This document shows positions 36,391-50,828 of a stretch of DNA of 64,000 nucleotides, piece by piece; position 1 is the stretch's first letter, and every line of letters starts with the position of its first letter. The notes beneath the pieces are model-generated. The model was given only the letters and a program-made list of their open reading frames with translations. It was not told the origin of the DNA and ran no database searches. Origin of the DNA: Octopus vulgaris (lineage: Eukaryota); contig OX597817.1 of NCBI GenBank assembly GCA_951406725.2, positions 158,720,001 through 158,784,000 on the forward strand, given 5' to 3'. The translations under genes and the position numbers were made by a program.

Positions 36391-37641
36391 TAGCATGTAG
36401 TAGAACCACAATGCCAGTTACCACCCATACAATATGCATTTATGGGTACATCTGCATGTGGATGGGCATGTGTGTTGTGGTACAGGCAGATATATAAAAG
36501 GTAGGGTTAGAATAACAGTAGGATGCATAGAAATTCATGCAAATGAATACATGTAATTATGAACGACTCCAATACACAACCATGCACACACACATGCATG
36601 GCCAGACATGCACAAGAATGCATATCCATGCACACAGCACAAAAACAGGCACAGGTGCATATGTACACAATATGCAGGAACATACACACACACACACACA
36701 CAAAAATACATACATGCAGACATACACAGATGATTGCTTATTCAAAAGACCTGCCACATCACACGCACATAAACACTCACACGGACATATACACTCACAG
36801 AACGGACTCAACCACACAGACATGCACACAAGACAACACACTCCTGTGTGTGCACACACACACACACCTACCTTGTTCTCCCCTTCCCCTCCCCTCATAA
36901 AGAACACCACCCGTAAATTTTTACAAGGATGACAAGCAAATCCCAGTATATCTGAGAGATACATCTATATACACACATACAGGTATAAAACTAATTCTCA
37001 GACAGACTCAAGGCAGACCTTCAACAGAGACAGCATGTCATTGACGAGGTTGCAAATAGCGAAAAAAGGATCTTGACAAATAAAAACTGATCGATTGTTT
37101 AACCAACACATTAAACAAATGATCAATTAGTTGGTTAGATATAATAATAAATTTATTAACCAATTTACTAATAATAAAGAAGTGATATTGAACCAGTGCG
37201 TATGTTGTTATTGGCATAATGACCCTTCCAAGGCACAAGATTTGTTTCAACACACAAATTCACATCAAGAAACATGAAAGCCAAATACAAAAATGAAATT
37301 ATATACATACTTTACATTATATTACCTATGTTTACATCTTTTGCAGATACATATTAGCGAAAGACACACTGCAATCTATTCACTAAATTCCCAAGTAAAG
37401 TATGGTCAAACATGTTTATATAGAAGATGAGAAATGAAGAACACCACCTGTATGATGGTAATATTCTCTTACAACAGCCATTTGATGTCAAGGCAAGGAG
37501 ACAAGAAACACACACATCTATATATATATACATATGGGCTTCTCTCAGGTGTACCATCATAAAATCCCCCAGACCAAATCAAACCTAATCACTTCACTAG
37601 GCCTTTGTTGGCCATCTATGGTAGATGCTTGCCCAAGGTAC

Positions 37642-37800
37642 CTATTTCTTTACTACCCACAAGGGGCTAAACACAGAGAGGACAAACAAGGACAAACAAA
37701 CGGATTAAGTCGATTATATCGACCCCAGTGCATAACTGGTACTTATTTAATCGACTCTGAAAGGATGAAAGGCAAAGTTGACCTCGGTAGAATTTGAACC
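37642..37800 (-). mobile_element. SINE family B (5'-truncated)
   Basis: Core and tail; CCAAGGTACC duplicated at both junctions. Confidence 0.8.
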
Positions 37801-38200
37801 AAGGTACCATGCAGTAGGATTGAACCGGAAACCAAGTAATTGGGAAAAATTTTTTACCACACAGCCATACCTCTGCCTATAATCATGTCAAAGGATCTAA
37901 ATTTATTTACCTAAAAGTTGTACAGTCAATGCTTGTATGTTAACTTCTGTCCCACTTTTCCATCTGACATTTAGAGATCTCATGTGAGTTGTTGAAGGCA
38001 GGGGTCAAAACTGTTTATGTGTACATTATATAAATTCCCATCTTACAGAATTAGCCAGTATATCCCTAAGTTGAATGTGTATCCTGAACAACTGTTATCC
38101 AATATCATTTGTCAGTGTTTTAGATTGAAAACAGTTCACATTCCACCAATAGAGACTATAAACTGTTAGGTCAGTGAACTATACTAGTAACATACAGCAA

Positions 38201-38345
38201 TCATCATCATCATCGTTTAACGTCCGTTCTCCATGCTAGCATGGGTTGGACGGTTCAACCGGGGATCTGGGAAGCCAGAAGGCTGCACCAGGCTCCGGTC
38301 TTATCTGGCAATGTTTCTACAGCTGGATGTCCTTCCTCACGCCAA
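38201..38345 (-). mobile_element. Family D fragment
   Basis: Tail and core. Confidence 0.8.
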
Positions 38346-38909
38346 AACAATGTCTTCTGATACTGCCACACAGTAACTGTGCCAATCTTTGCTTAGGATC
38401 AGATTTAAAGCAGCATTGAATGAAGGTTTCTGAAGGATAGCATGGTGCTAATTTGCAATGAAATGACAAAATAAATCTCTCAATAACAGGACCAAGCACT
38501 TGTGGCATCATAACATCCACCAGACCAAATCAAACAAAAAATACTGATGTTCATAAAACCAGTGATAAACACCCAAATTTAGAATAAAATTATGTTGAAT
38601 TGCCAACCACTTTCTTTAAAGAAAAAACTTTTAGTAAATCTGAGCCATGTGAGGACATGTGGCCAAGTAGTTAGGGTGTTGCACTCAAGATCACCAGATC
38701 AAGAGTTCAGTTCCTGGACTGGGTAGTGCATAGTGTTATTGAGCAAAAAACATTTCATTTTCCATTGCTCCAGTCTACTCAGCTGTAAATGGATAACCTT
38801 GCAACAGACTGGTATCCCACTCAAGAAAAATGTTGTGCTCTCTTGTCACTTATACATGAGTCCTAGGACTAAAGACAGTAATGTCCAGAGAACTTACATT
38901 ACTTATTCT

Positions 38910-39141
38910 TATTTCTTTACTGCCCACAAAGGGCTACACACAGAGGGGACAAACAAGGAGAGACAAACAGATTAATTGAATTATATCAACATCAGTGCGT
39001 AACTGGTACTTATATAATCGACCCCGAAAGGATGAAAGGCAAAGTTGACCTCGGTGGAATTTGAACTCAGAACGTAGCAGCAGATGAAATACCGCTAAGC
39101 ATTTCGCCCAGTGTGCTAACGTTTCTGCCAGCTCGCCGCCT
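38910..39141 (-). mobile_element. SINE family B, full length
   Basis: GGCGGCGAGCTGGCAGAA head, Nin-like core, AAAGAAATA tail. Confidence 0.85.
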
Positions 39142-39753
39142 TATTCTTCTTCTTGTCACTAAATCTGAATTATCTAGCTCATCTGGAACTAATAGAGACA
39201 CTACTAGCAATGGCAGCCAAATCTCTTGAAAAACTGCTCCCTAAATAAATAAGTTCAAGCGGAACTGATTGGGCCTACACAACCACACCAACCATCTCTT
39301 CTCCAACCACTTCATATACATACAAAAACAATCTATACTGCAAACTCATTGGAACATGGATAGATTATTGCATTGACTGCGTTAGCATGAAATTTGTAGT
39401 TTTAGACCACACTGAAACATAACCTATCAAGTGTGCTGACATGTTGGCCTATAAATGTTTGATTGATTAACTCAATATCATAAATCTGCCTCTGTGGAGA
39501 TGATTAGAACTAATGCAACCACTATCATAAGCACCATAAATGGAAGAACTTTCAGCCTAACAATATTAAAATGTCAAGCTGATGCTACTGAGAATTGTAT
39601 AGAACTGTTTGTCAAAGGTGTAAGTTAAAACGATCATAATCAGTTTAAGTATGATTGATAAATAATCATAATTGAACAATGTGATAGACCTGACAATGTA
39701 TAGAGAGGCAAATGAAGGAAGTAGGTGAATGAAAAAGCAAGAAAAAAAAGGAA

Positions 39754-39755
<2 letters not shown>

Positions 39756-39794
<39 letters not shown>
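39756..39794. repeat. (GA)n microsatellite
   Basis: Seen directly in sequence. Confidence 0.9.
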
Positions 39795-39798
<4 letters not shown>

Positions 39799-40249
39799 TG
39801 CAGCACTAAATTGTCTTATAAATTGAAGTCTACTTTTTTAATGCTCATATGGGTTGAATGGATGCCCTTCTTGTTGCCAATCCTTACCTGTTTCCAAGTA
39901 AAGTAATATATTCCCTAAGACCAAACAAGGAAGATTGGAAAAAGGACACTGCTAGCATGGTGGTGACACCTGTTTACGACTATTAGGTCATGTCAAAACA
40001 AAGGGACAGTAACAAACAAACACATACCATGAGGTTGGTGATTTTATGTGGCTATCCGAGTTATATTTTTTAGCTCTTATTTTGCACCCTCATTTATGAA
40101 TTTTGCCTTTCTGGTTTTAATTGCTATAACAACTTACATTATAATGTATTTAATATATCACAATATATTAATTTACTATTATAATATCTCATTGTGTGTG
40201 TGTGTGTGTGTGTGTTATGTGTGCATATATATATATATATATATTCTTT

Positions 40250-40444
40250 TATTCTTTTACTTGTTTCAGTCAGTTGACTATGGCCATGCTGGAGCACCGC
40301 CTTTAGTCAAGCGAATCAACTCCAGGACTTATTCTTAGGAAACCTAGTACTTATTCTATTGGTCTCTTTTGCCAAACCACTAAGTTACAGGGACGTAAAC
40401 ACACCAACATCGGTTGTCAAGCAATGTTGGGGGGACAAACACAG

Positions 40445-40479
<35 letters not shown>

Positions 40480-40632
40480 ACGGGCTTCTTTCAGTTTCCG
40501 TCTACCAAATCCACTCACAAAACTTTGGTCGGCCTGAGGCTATAGTAGAAGACACTTGCCCAAGGTGCCATGCAGTGGGAATGAACCCGGAACTATGTGG
40601 TTGGTAAGCAAACTACTTACTACACAGCCACT
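40250..40632 (-). mobile_element. SINE family A
   Basis: Near full-length copy. Confidence 0.85.
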
Positions 40633-41330
40633 ATATATATATATATAGTAGTGGGGGTTTTATCCTCCCTTCTGTTGTTTTTTGTCTGACAAGCTACATG
40701 GTAACCTCACTAGTGCCATGGCATGAAAAAAGAGCCTAATACACTCTGTAAAGTGGTTGGCATTAAGAAAGGTATAAAGCTGTAGAAACGATGCTGAAGG
40801 ACATTGGAGCTTGACACAGAACTGAAGCTCACCAGTTCCATGTCAAACCATCCTGCCCACGCCAGCATGGAAAGCAGATATTAAATGGTGAAGATGGTGA
40901 AACAAGCACATAACAGGCTTTTACTTTCCGTCTACCAAATCCACTTAGAAGGTATCTGTTGGACCATGGCTGTAGTAGAATATACTTGGTAAAGGTGTCA
41001 CAGTGTAACAGAACCCAAAACCAAGGGATTTGGAAGCAAACTTTTTGCCACACAGCCACACCTACACTCTAAACAAACACACACATATGCACAAAACGAG
41101 ATTAGGATGGGATGAGTGTATTAGAAGGGTGTGACAGTGTTGACACACATTACATGTACCAGAAACAGTCACCTTTCATCTGGACAATAATAGCAAACAA
41201 CCAACAAAAATACCAACAATGAGAATATTGAACATGGATGACAGATTTTCTGGAATTCATACACAAACATAAAAAAGATTATATGCACAGTTATATAATT
41301 TGTAACTTTGTGTGAATATATGTGTGTGTA

Positions 41331-41368
<38 letters not shown>

Positions 41369-41371
<3 letters not shown>

Positions 41372-41790
41372 CATCATCATTGTTTAACGTCCGCTTTCCA
41401 TGATAGCGTGGGTTGGACGATTTGACTGAGGACTGGCGAACCAGATGGCTGCACCAAGCTCCAATCTGATCTGGCAGAGCTTCTACAGCTGGATTCCCTT
41501 CCTAACGCCAACCACTCCAAGAGTGTAGTGGGTACTTTTACGTGCCACCGGCATGAGGGCCAGTCAGGTGGTACTGGCAATGGCTATACTCAAATGGTGT
41601 TTTTTACGTGCCACCTGCACTAGCAATGACCTCACTCGAATGTTTTTCATAAGTGCCAGTAAGGCAACGCTGGTAACGATCATGTTTGAATGGTGCTTTT
41701 TATGTGCCATTGGCATGGAAGCCAGTCAGCTGCTCTGGCAGCGATCATGCTCAGATGGTGCTTTTAGTGCTCCACTGGCACGAGTGCCAT
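41369..41790 (-). mobile_element. Family D element (subfamily 2)
   Basis: Core, tail and tandem units. Confidence 0.85.
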
Positions 41791-42367
41791 ATATGTATGC
41801 ATGCATGTATGTATATATGCTCACAAATATACAGTCATGCATACATACATATGTACACCTACACATACCCAGATACATATGCACGCACGCGCGCGCGCGC
41901 ACACACACACACAAGTGTATTTAGATGAGTGACTGGTAGAGTTGTCTGAGTATTAGAAAGATTACTTGTATTAATAGTTCTGGCTCTTTGCACTGAGAGT
42001 TCAAATCCTGCCAAGGCCAACTTTGCACTTCATCCTTTTGGGCTTGACAAATAAAGTACCCATCCTGCATGAGATTACCTATTCTCTTTTTCTCGTTCCT
42101 TCAGCCTGTCTCTCTCTCTCTCTCTCTCTTTTCCTTTTGGAAGAAAGTGAAAGCAGTTAGACCTGGAGATGGATGGGCTCCTACTAACAGTTAAAATGTC
42201 CAAGATGCACTCTATGTCATGACATTCCTCACAATTTTATCAATGAGTTAAGGGCTCGCAACACAATATATATGTATTTATGTACATGTATTATATGTAC
42301 AAGTATCCACAGACATACAATATGTATACATACATCTACACAAACCCAACAGGCTCCATGCAGTTTC

Positions 42368-42602
42368 TTATTTCTTTACTGCCTACAAGGAGCTAAACAT
42401 AGAGGGGACAAACAAGGACCAGACAAAGGGATTAAGTCGATTACATTGACCCCAGTGTGTAACTGGTACTTAATTTATCGAGCCCAAAAGGATGAAAGGC
42501 AAAGTCGACTTCAACAGAATTTGAACTCTGAACGCAGTGGCGGATGAAATACCACAAAGCATTTCGCCCGGTGTGCTAACATTTCTGCCAGTTCGCCACC
42601 TT
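42368..42602 (-). mobile_element. SINE family B, nested in a family A head
   Basis: Full-length copy; CATGCAGTTTCT-like duplication at both junctions. Confidence 0.8.
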
Positions 42603-43176
42603 ACATGCAGTTTCTGTCTACCAAATTCATTCAGAAGGCATTGGTTAGTCTAGGGCTATAGTAGAAGACACTTGTCTTAGGTACCGCACAGTGGGACTGA
42701 ACCTGAAAACTACACAGTTGCAAAACAAGCTTCTTAACCACATAGCCATGCCTGACATTGTTAACAACTGTTATGTTTGTTTTCATAAAGTATTCAGTAG
42801 GCAGCCGTGAGAGTCATTATTAAAGTAGAGTTTCGCAAAACAATGGTATAATGAAGTAGAAAGTAATTTATAACACCAGATAATTAAATATTTAGTTTCA
42901 GTCTCGTAATGGAGGCAAAAGAAAAAAAAAAGAAAAACTAATTTTTAAAAAATAGTTTTTATATATTTATTTCACAGGAAGTTTAATAGAAAACTTGATT
43001 GTATCTATGAATTTTTGGAAATATTTCAAATAAAGGACAATTAAAATTTGCTTGAAAAGAGCCAGCTAATTAATATAAGAATCAAGACAATGATGCCTTA
43101 GGACATTTTTTTAAACATGCCAATCTTTCAATATTGTATGTATTAACATTTATATCTTTTGGGAAAACACAATTAC

Positions 43177-43395
43177 CCCTTTAGCAATCAGATTATTCTG
43201 TCAAATGTAATGCTCATTTATTCACCTTGTTTTGAATTAATCATACATTATCTTGTAGCTTCGAGATTTTAATGATATGATTGTTTATTTTGTTGAATGT
43301 CATTATAAGGTAGGTGTGAGGTAGTGGATCTTACCAGGTTGAACATAAGAAATCCAATATTTGGGTGTGATAAGACTGGTTTAAATGATAAAGGG
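43177..43395 (+). mobile_element. piggyBac-type MITE, family 1 (diverged)
   Basis: Homologous body with AAAGGG-TTAA end. Confidence 0.75.
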
Positions 43396-43759
43396 TTAAA
43401 TAATTTACCATTAGATACTCGAAATCTATATCACAAACATAATTCCTGTACCAATCAAAATCACTTTATTTAAAATTTTTTTCAAAACATACTATGAATA
43501 AAAAAAAAAAAAAGAGATAGACTGGAAAACCAGACACTATCATGACGAATGGTGGCAAGAACAATTTTTCCTCATAATGTGACTAAATGTTTTGTAGTTT
43601 TTCTTTTAGAATGACTTGTTCTAAACATAACTGTTGATAACATGCCATTGTCAATTGTGAAACACTCCCTTCATAAACTGAACTGATGCTTTTGCTTTTC
43701 TGGAATTTTCTCAACAATAAACAACAGAGAAAATCCAATTCAATTGTGAAAATCTCAAA

Positions 43760-44052
43760 CATGGCCTAGTGGTTAGAGCAGCGGACTCACGGTCGAGGGA
43801 TCGTGGGTTCGAATTTCAGACCGGGCGATGTGTGTGTTTATGAGCGAAACACCTAAGCTCCACGCAGCTCTGGCAGAAGGTAATGGCTAAACTTCTGCTG
43901 ATTCATCCCCGTCACTTAGCGGTTCGGCAAAAGAGACCGATAGAATAAGTACTGGGCTTACAAAGAATAAGTCCTGGGGTAGAGTTGCTCGATTAAAGGT
44001 GGTGCTCCAGCATGGCTGCAGTCAAACGACTGAAACCAGTAAAAGAGTAAAA
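43760..44052 (+). mobile_element. Chimera of a SINE C head and a SINE A 3' half
   Basis: tRNA-like head 43760-43903 joined directly to the family A tail. Confidence 0.7.
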
Positions 44053-45139
44053 ATGAGTAACCAAAAAACTGAATTTGGAAATATGAACTTGAAGCGATGG
44101 CCACCACAGAACAATCTTCATATTCTTGGTAAATGAGAGTCAGATTCAACATTTTCCTCTGAATTTGCTACATCTTGTCATTGAATGATACATCAGCCAT
44201 ACGGTAATACTTCAGATTTAATCATTGCAGTTTTAATGGTCACTTTTCCATGCTTGCATGGGTTGGACAGAATTTGTTGAAGCAAACAGGGGAAAGACAC
44301 TTTAGTATTGTTCATAAAATATTCATAACTGTTTCTTTCAAATTCAAAAATGAAAAAAAAAAAAAAAAAAAAGAAAAATAAAGAAATTTCAAATTTGGAA
44401 AAGCAAGAATCATTTTTCAAAACATCAATTTCTAAATTTTTTTACTACTCTTCTCACATAATTTCAAATAAGACATTAAATGGTGTAAAGCAAAAAGAAA
44501 AAAAAAAAAAGAAGAAAAATTCAAAGATGGTGAAATGGTGAAGGAAGCTTTTTGGAATCTAGTGATTTGCTGTTTGTGAATTTTAAAAACAATGCAGCTG
44601 TAAAAGCTGCAATGGGTAGCAGTTATCAAGGAAAACTGTAACTAGGGGAATTGAAACAATGCCTCATGACATAACTGAAGAATTACATGGTGTTGCAATG
44701 TGGAAATAATTTTCATTGCAAGTGCATGAATCAACAGATTTTTATCAACATTACATAAAAATGTGCATTTGTATTATTCTAATGTTTGAGGATTGCACTG
44801 TAAGAAAAAGATTTGTTAAGTTATTGCCATAACGAGCCAAAACTCACAGAAAAGATATTTATGAATCATTAAAAAACAAAATGACAAATTTTCAGCTTAC
44901 CATCAATCACTAGAAATAGTATGCCAAGTATTATAGCCTTGCAACAAAGGATTTGTATCACTATGTAGTGATACCAGATTTCCAAAATTTAATCCATACC
45001 ATTCTCTTATCTACCAAAAAAATGAGAGGAAATCATCAAAAATGCCAGAAGTGATTGATCTGTTATTAAAAATTGGGAATTTAATTGGGGTCAAACCTTT
45101 AAATGTTGCCTATTTAGACATTTCTGAAAAAGGACCAAT

Positions 45140-45510
45140 TTTAGCTATGACAATTTCTACCAAAGATGGATTTTGAGAATGTACTGGCAAGACCACATAA
45201 CCAATAAAGACATTCTAAAGAGAGCTAACATAAGGCCACTTAGTGAAATCATGACAGAACAAAGATTAAAACTGACAGTTCCACATAGTCTGGCTACCAG
45301 ACCAATTCTAAAACACCTTCCAGAAAGACATTACCAGAAGGAAAAAGAGAGGATGACCAAAAATTATTTGGTGCAAAACATTCATAATTGACATGAGGGG
45401 AGCCAATATGATATAGCCAGATACAACGAAAACCAGAAAATCAAAACCAACCGAAACTAGTTTCAACAACTTGCTGTGCTACGTGCTCGAGAGCATAAGA
45501 ACTGAAGCTT
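45140..45510 (+). mobile_element. Old RTE-clade LINE 3' fragment
   Basis: ILRMYWQDHITNKDILKRANIRPLSEIMTEQRLKL is a typical post-RT RTE segment. Confidence 0.65.
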
Positions 45511-47501
45511 AACTGGCTAATTTACCATTTAGAAGAGTCCATTGGATTAAGTAAAGGAAAGGTGTTAGAAATCAGTTTTGAAGCTTTTCCTCCAAATCAA
45601 ATCTTTTTTGAATGAAAGGGGCAACAGTCACTGGGAGCTCAATGGTATAAACTGGTTATTAGATTTAAGCTTTTTATAATCTTTTGTAATCCTGCTCGTT
45701 ACATTAAACCTCAAGTTACTGATCCCCATTCCCATAAACACACACACACACCAACACACAAAATAAGCCAGTGTCTGCAGAAAATTAAATGATACCAGCG
45801 GACTGGGTTTTTTAGAGCATGCTAAACAGACATATTCGGCTCCCCTCAATGACATCTATGTGCAAAAGGGTAACCAATGGAATATTTTCTTGATATTTTA
45901 TGCTGTATTCTACTCTGAAAGCATGCCATACATTACCCCTCAAAGTTTTTGGTTTTGTAGGGTGGAGTGTAGGGTACCTGTATGGGACCATGTTGAAGTA
46001 ATCAACTTTCATCATCATCATCTTCATCATTTTATGTTCACTCTTCCATGCATGGGTCGGGCGGAATTTGTTGAGGCAGATTTTCTAAGATTAGATGCAC
46101 TGTTCCCAACCCTCGGCTGTTTCCAAGCAAGGTAATATTTTCCCATGGCTACACATATTCCACGGAAGACCAGAAAGGTGCAACATTACATGAATATGAC
46201 GATGAAGCTCATTTACATCCATCACATGGCATTGAGACAAGAGTACACGCAAACACATACCTACATGCAAGTGTACACACACACACACGTATAATGGACT
46301 TCTCTCTGTTTCAGTCTACCAAATCCACTCACAAGGCTTTGGTTGGCCTTAGGCTACAGTACAAGCCACCTACCTAAATTGCTGCACAGAGGGACCAAAC
46401 CCAAAACCCACAAGGTTGCAAAGCAAGCTTCTTAACCAAACAGACAAACTTGCAGCCATTTTGTTCATAAAAAAATTAAATGAACTCCAATGAATGGTGG
46501 AGGTACATAACAATGCAGGCAAGGAAAAGTTGTGTGGTGCATGTTACTCTCAATTACTTAAGAGTGCACTGAAGATAAATTCATAGCCAGCATAGAATTA
46601 AGGCTGAATATGGAAACTAAAGTAGCCATTTAGAGAAGAAAGAAAGAGTGTGTGTGTGTGTGTGTTTGGCTCATAGGTGACAAGTTAATAATGACCTATG
46701 AAGCCTAGGTTCACATATAACCAATTGCTCTACTATCAAGGGGATAATGATTTATGGAAACTTCATTGCATGCTTATTGTTGGAATGGAAGAGTATTTTT
46801 ACAGCTGTGTGGCATTCCACTAAAGTACCTCTATTTCATTATATATATATATATATATATATAAATATATTTATGAGAGAGAGCGAGAGACAAAGAGAGT
46901 GAGAGAGAGAGAGAGAGAGAAAAAGAAATTGTTTTGGGTTACTGACAGGAAGAACTTATACAGGAAGGAAATAATTTTATCCAATCATTTTACAGCATTA
47001 AACCAGGTGAGTAGAGTTATTTGGAAAAAAATGTAAACTAGGTAGGTTACTCAGTAATTTATCATTGGCTATGTGTTACTTGATATCAATGTTTACAACA
47101 TACTGCCTACGTGTGACTGTGTGGGGAGTGTGTGTGTATACGCAGACAGACACACACACACACACATACATACATACAAGATATGTAGGTAGTTAAGTGG
47201 ACAGATTGTTATGCAGATGGGTGATGGAATGTTGTAGGGAAGAGGAGAGCAAGCAGAGAAATTAATAAAGAATTTAATATGACAGAAACGAAATAAAGAT
47301 GCAGTTCTGTGGAAAGTCTGCAAAAAAAAAAAAAAAAAGAAAGAAAAAGAAAAAAGGTTCAACAGAACTATTTAGGACAAGAGCGTTAGTATTTCTATAA
47401 AAACTAAAATGAATTGAAAATCAAACAAATCCAACATATTATGAAACACATGTAGTTTTTCATGTGGGAACTGGAAGATAAACATGTAACACACACATAT
47501 A

Positions 47502-47724
47502 CAGGGGTGCACCTAAGTAGGTTTATAGTCACCACTAAAGAAAATGAAATGCTTTGTGGCTCAAGCATTCACTCAAAGTTCCCAGAAATAAAAAAAAGTG
47601 AACCCCAATGAACTTAGGAATCTCCTGCAGAACCCTTAGTTGACTTATGAATCACTTAGAAATAGAGAAAGAAAAACATTCCACGCATATTAAGCAATTA
47701 CATACCTGCTTTTGCCCACCCCTG
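47502..47724. mobile_element. Tc1/mariner MITE (old)
   Basis: TA-CAGGGGTG..AAGTAGGT / ACCTGCTTTTGCCCACCCCTG-TA. Confidence 0.6.
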
Positions 47725-48404
47725 TATAGCTGTTTCATTAGCCTGACTACTGAAAGAAATATATATTTGAATAACCTTGTTTATATAGATGATGGAAAAA
47801 CGCTCAAATAAATTATCAGGCACACAAAATGCCACCAACGACAGAAAGGACTCAATAACCAGTTTCATAACCTTTGCCCCCCAAAAATATTTTCTATGTA
47901 TTTAAAGTATAGTTACTAATATATAGCTCCAGTCCCATGACTTAAATTATATATTTAAAATTGTAGTGGGATTCTGGGGAAGTGAAGGTAGCCTTAATAA
48001 ATATTTCACTGAAGCTTAAGGATCCTCAACTTTGCTTACATATAATGCCTTTATAGACATTGTAGCTACAAATGTGTATAAGCAGAGTTAGTTAGATATT
48101 TCTTTTGAAGTCTGGCTGATGAAGAGAATAGACCTATGTATAGTTTTAAATGTTTTATCTCTCAGAAATGTAATCATGTTTAATATGTGTAAGTTGATAG
48201 GTGTTTTTCTTCTCAGTTTGTCCAGTTTACAATTACACTTACATATACACATATAGATGTGTGTATATATCTGTGTGTGTGTGTGTGTGTGTGGTTGTGT
48301 ATGTGTAGGGGAGAAAGAGAGGCAAACAGAGACACATAGTTGGAATATTTGTACATAACAGATTTCTATATTGTATAGATTGTTGTTTTGTTTTAGTGAG
48401 TGTG

Positions 48405-48442
48405 CTCTGTGTGTGTGTATGTATGTCTGTATATATATATAC

Positions 48443-48529
<87 letters not shown>

Positions 48530-48530
48530 C

Positions 48531-48561
<31 letters not shown>

Positions 48562-48562
48562 T
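48405..48562. repeat. Compound (TA)n/(CA)n microsatellite
   Basis: Seen directly in sequence. Confidence 0.9.
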
Positions 48563-49802
48563 AAAGGACAACAGGATAGCATCATTTCCTGTTTATCAAA
48601 ATAATGTCAACAGCCAGACAGTTGTGCTAAATGGGACTGCATTGCAATTGTCAACAAGAGTCAAAATACCAAGATAATGTTGAGAACATAAGTGACAACT
48701 TCATCAACAAGAACCATGACAGGTCAACAAAGCAAACCAGTCTCCATATAAATCACCATAGGTCAGTTCAGTAGAAGTTCTTTGTGTTTAAAAACACTTG
48801 CACTCATATCCAGGCAAAAAAAAAAATACATTATTAAAAGAACAGAAGAAAAATAAAAAAAATCACCTCTCCTCATTCTTTTTATTATTAATTAGGTAAT
48901 AGAGAAACTGTCAACCACTGAACAAAACTGTATATTCAATTGAATAATTCTATGTCCTGGATTCAAATTTTCTCAAGGTCGACTGTGTTGCATCCTTCCA
49001 GGGTTTGTCAAATATACCAATTGAGTCCCAAGGTCCATTTAACTGACTAAACCCATAAAATAAGGTCTTTGTGACTATTTTAGAAATCAATATTTGAGTA
49101 GTCAATGGTGGATACAGCACAGTATTTTTCTTTTATCCTTTTCTTATTTCAATCATTGGACTGCAGTCATGCTGGGGCATCACCTTGAAGGGTTGAACAA
49201 ATCAACCCCAGTACTTTTTTGTTATTTTAAGTCTGGTTCTCATTCTACTGGTTTCTTGAGTCAAACTGCGAAGCTATAAACAAACCAACACTGGTTGCCA
49301 AGTAATGGGGTGGGGAGCACAAACACAAAGACACACACTCATACATGCCGGTCTGTTGGTAGGGGCAGGGATATACAAGATACTTGACCAAGATGTCACT
49401 GAATCCAAAACCATGTAGTTGTAAAGCAAGCTTTTTAAACACACAGCCATGCTTATGCCTATATAATGTTATGATGCCTTGTGGTATTTAGTTACATTCA
49501 GGATGACAAAAACTAGTTGATTCAATAAATTTTACCCACATCCCCCAAAAGATGTAATCTTATGCCAAGGCTTAAGCTTATTTATTGTCTCATTAACAGA
49601 CACCATGTCTAAATCTTAGTTTCAAATTCCAAGAGAAACCACTTCATTTCATTAATGCCCTTGACATTCGTAACAGAATCTCCTCTTTTTTCTTATTATA
49701 GATATAAATATTAAAAATTTTGTGGTGAAAGCATAGTAGATAGTGAACAAGTTTCTTAATTCATAATTACAACATCAAATTTGAACCTTTATCCCTGTAC
49801 AG

Positions 49803-49948
49803 TAGCCATGGGCAACCTACAGCCTGTGAGACTTTCTTAACAGCAGACCTAATGAAAAATTACTTCAAATCTTTTTAGAAGTGTAGCCCACCTGATGATT
49901 AGCCATGCCCCACCTGGCCCCCTTCTCAAAAAAGGTTGCCCACGTTTG
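49803..49948. mobile_element. hAT-type MITE (old)
   Basis: TIR-like CATGGGCAACCT / AGGTTGCCCACG. Confidence 0.5.
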
Positions 49949-49971
49949 TTTTATAGCATAGTTACATCACT

Positions 49972-50003
<32 letters not shown>

Positions 50004-50413
50004 CACGCTCACACGCTGCTTTCAGAATCTGGTAAAAAATTACTGACCTTTAGTATAAAAGACAAACGCACAATGCAAAACTAAATAGATCAACAAAACA
50101 TTTTTGGAGAAAAATGTAATGTTTTCACAGTGTTGGAATGTACATATTTTAGACAATGATATGTAAACATGACAAAAATGTTTGAAATCTAGAGGTCATG
50201 AATTACTTTACTGCTACATCTATCACTAAATGCATAGACTAAATTTCAGTTACAAGTTCAGAACCCCTAAAACTCAAATGGCATGGGGATTCCACACATG
50301 GGTGTAGAATTAAGCCAATCGCCTAGTATGTGATTGTTGAAATTGCTTACTTGACATTTTTTTTTTTTGTCTCAGCAAAGAATAAGTATTGGTATGAAAT
50401 ATATTTACAAGTA

Positions 50414-50800
50414 GGCGCAGGAGTGGCTGTGTGGTAAGTAGCTTGCTTACCAACCACATGGTTCCAGGTTCAGTTCTACTGTGTGGCACCAAGGGCAAGT
50501 GTCTTTTACTATAGCCTCAGGCCGACCAAAGCCTTATGAGTGGATTTGGAAGATGGAAACTGAAAGAAACCCGTCATATATATATATATATATATATATG
50601 TATATGTTTGTGTGTCTGTGTTTGTCCTTCGAACATCGCTTGACAACCGATGCTGGTGTGTTTACGTCCTCGTCACTTAGCAGTTTGGCAAGAGAGACCG
50701 ATAGAATAAGTACTAGGCTTACAAAGAATAAGCTTTGGGGTCGATTTGCTCGACTAAAGGCGGTGCTCCAGCATGACTGAAACAAATAAAAGAATTAAAG
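50414..50800 (+). mobile_element. SINE family A
   Basis: Near full-length copy. Confidence 0.85.
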
Positions 50801-50828
50801 AAAAGAATAAGTAAGTTGGAATCTGATT

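Larger units (their letters stand above)
43520..45620 (+). pseudogene. Fragmented hAT (Charlie/SPIN/GTF2IRD2-like) transposase relic
   Basis: Motifs in the expected order: FKDGEMVKEAF, FSLQVHESTD, LLP*..KTHRKDIYESLK, SITRNSMPSI, YHSLIYQ, LSKGKVL; interrupted by SINE and RTE inserts. Confidence 0.65.

Noticed and set aside
41881-41912. (CG)n/(CA)n Z-DNA-prone tract
   Set aside because: Ordinary compound microsatellite with no supporting context.
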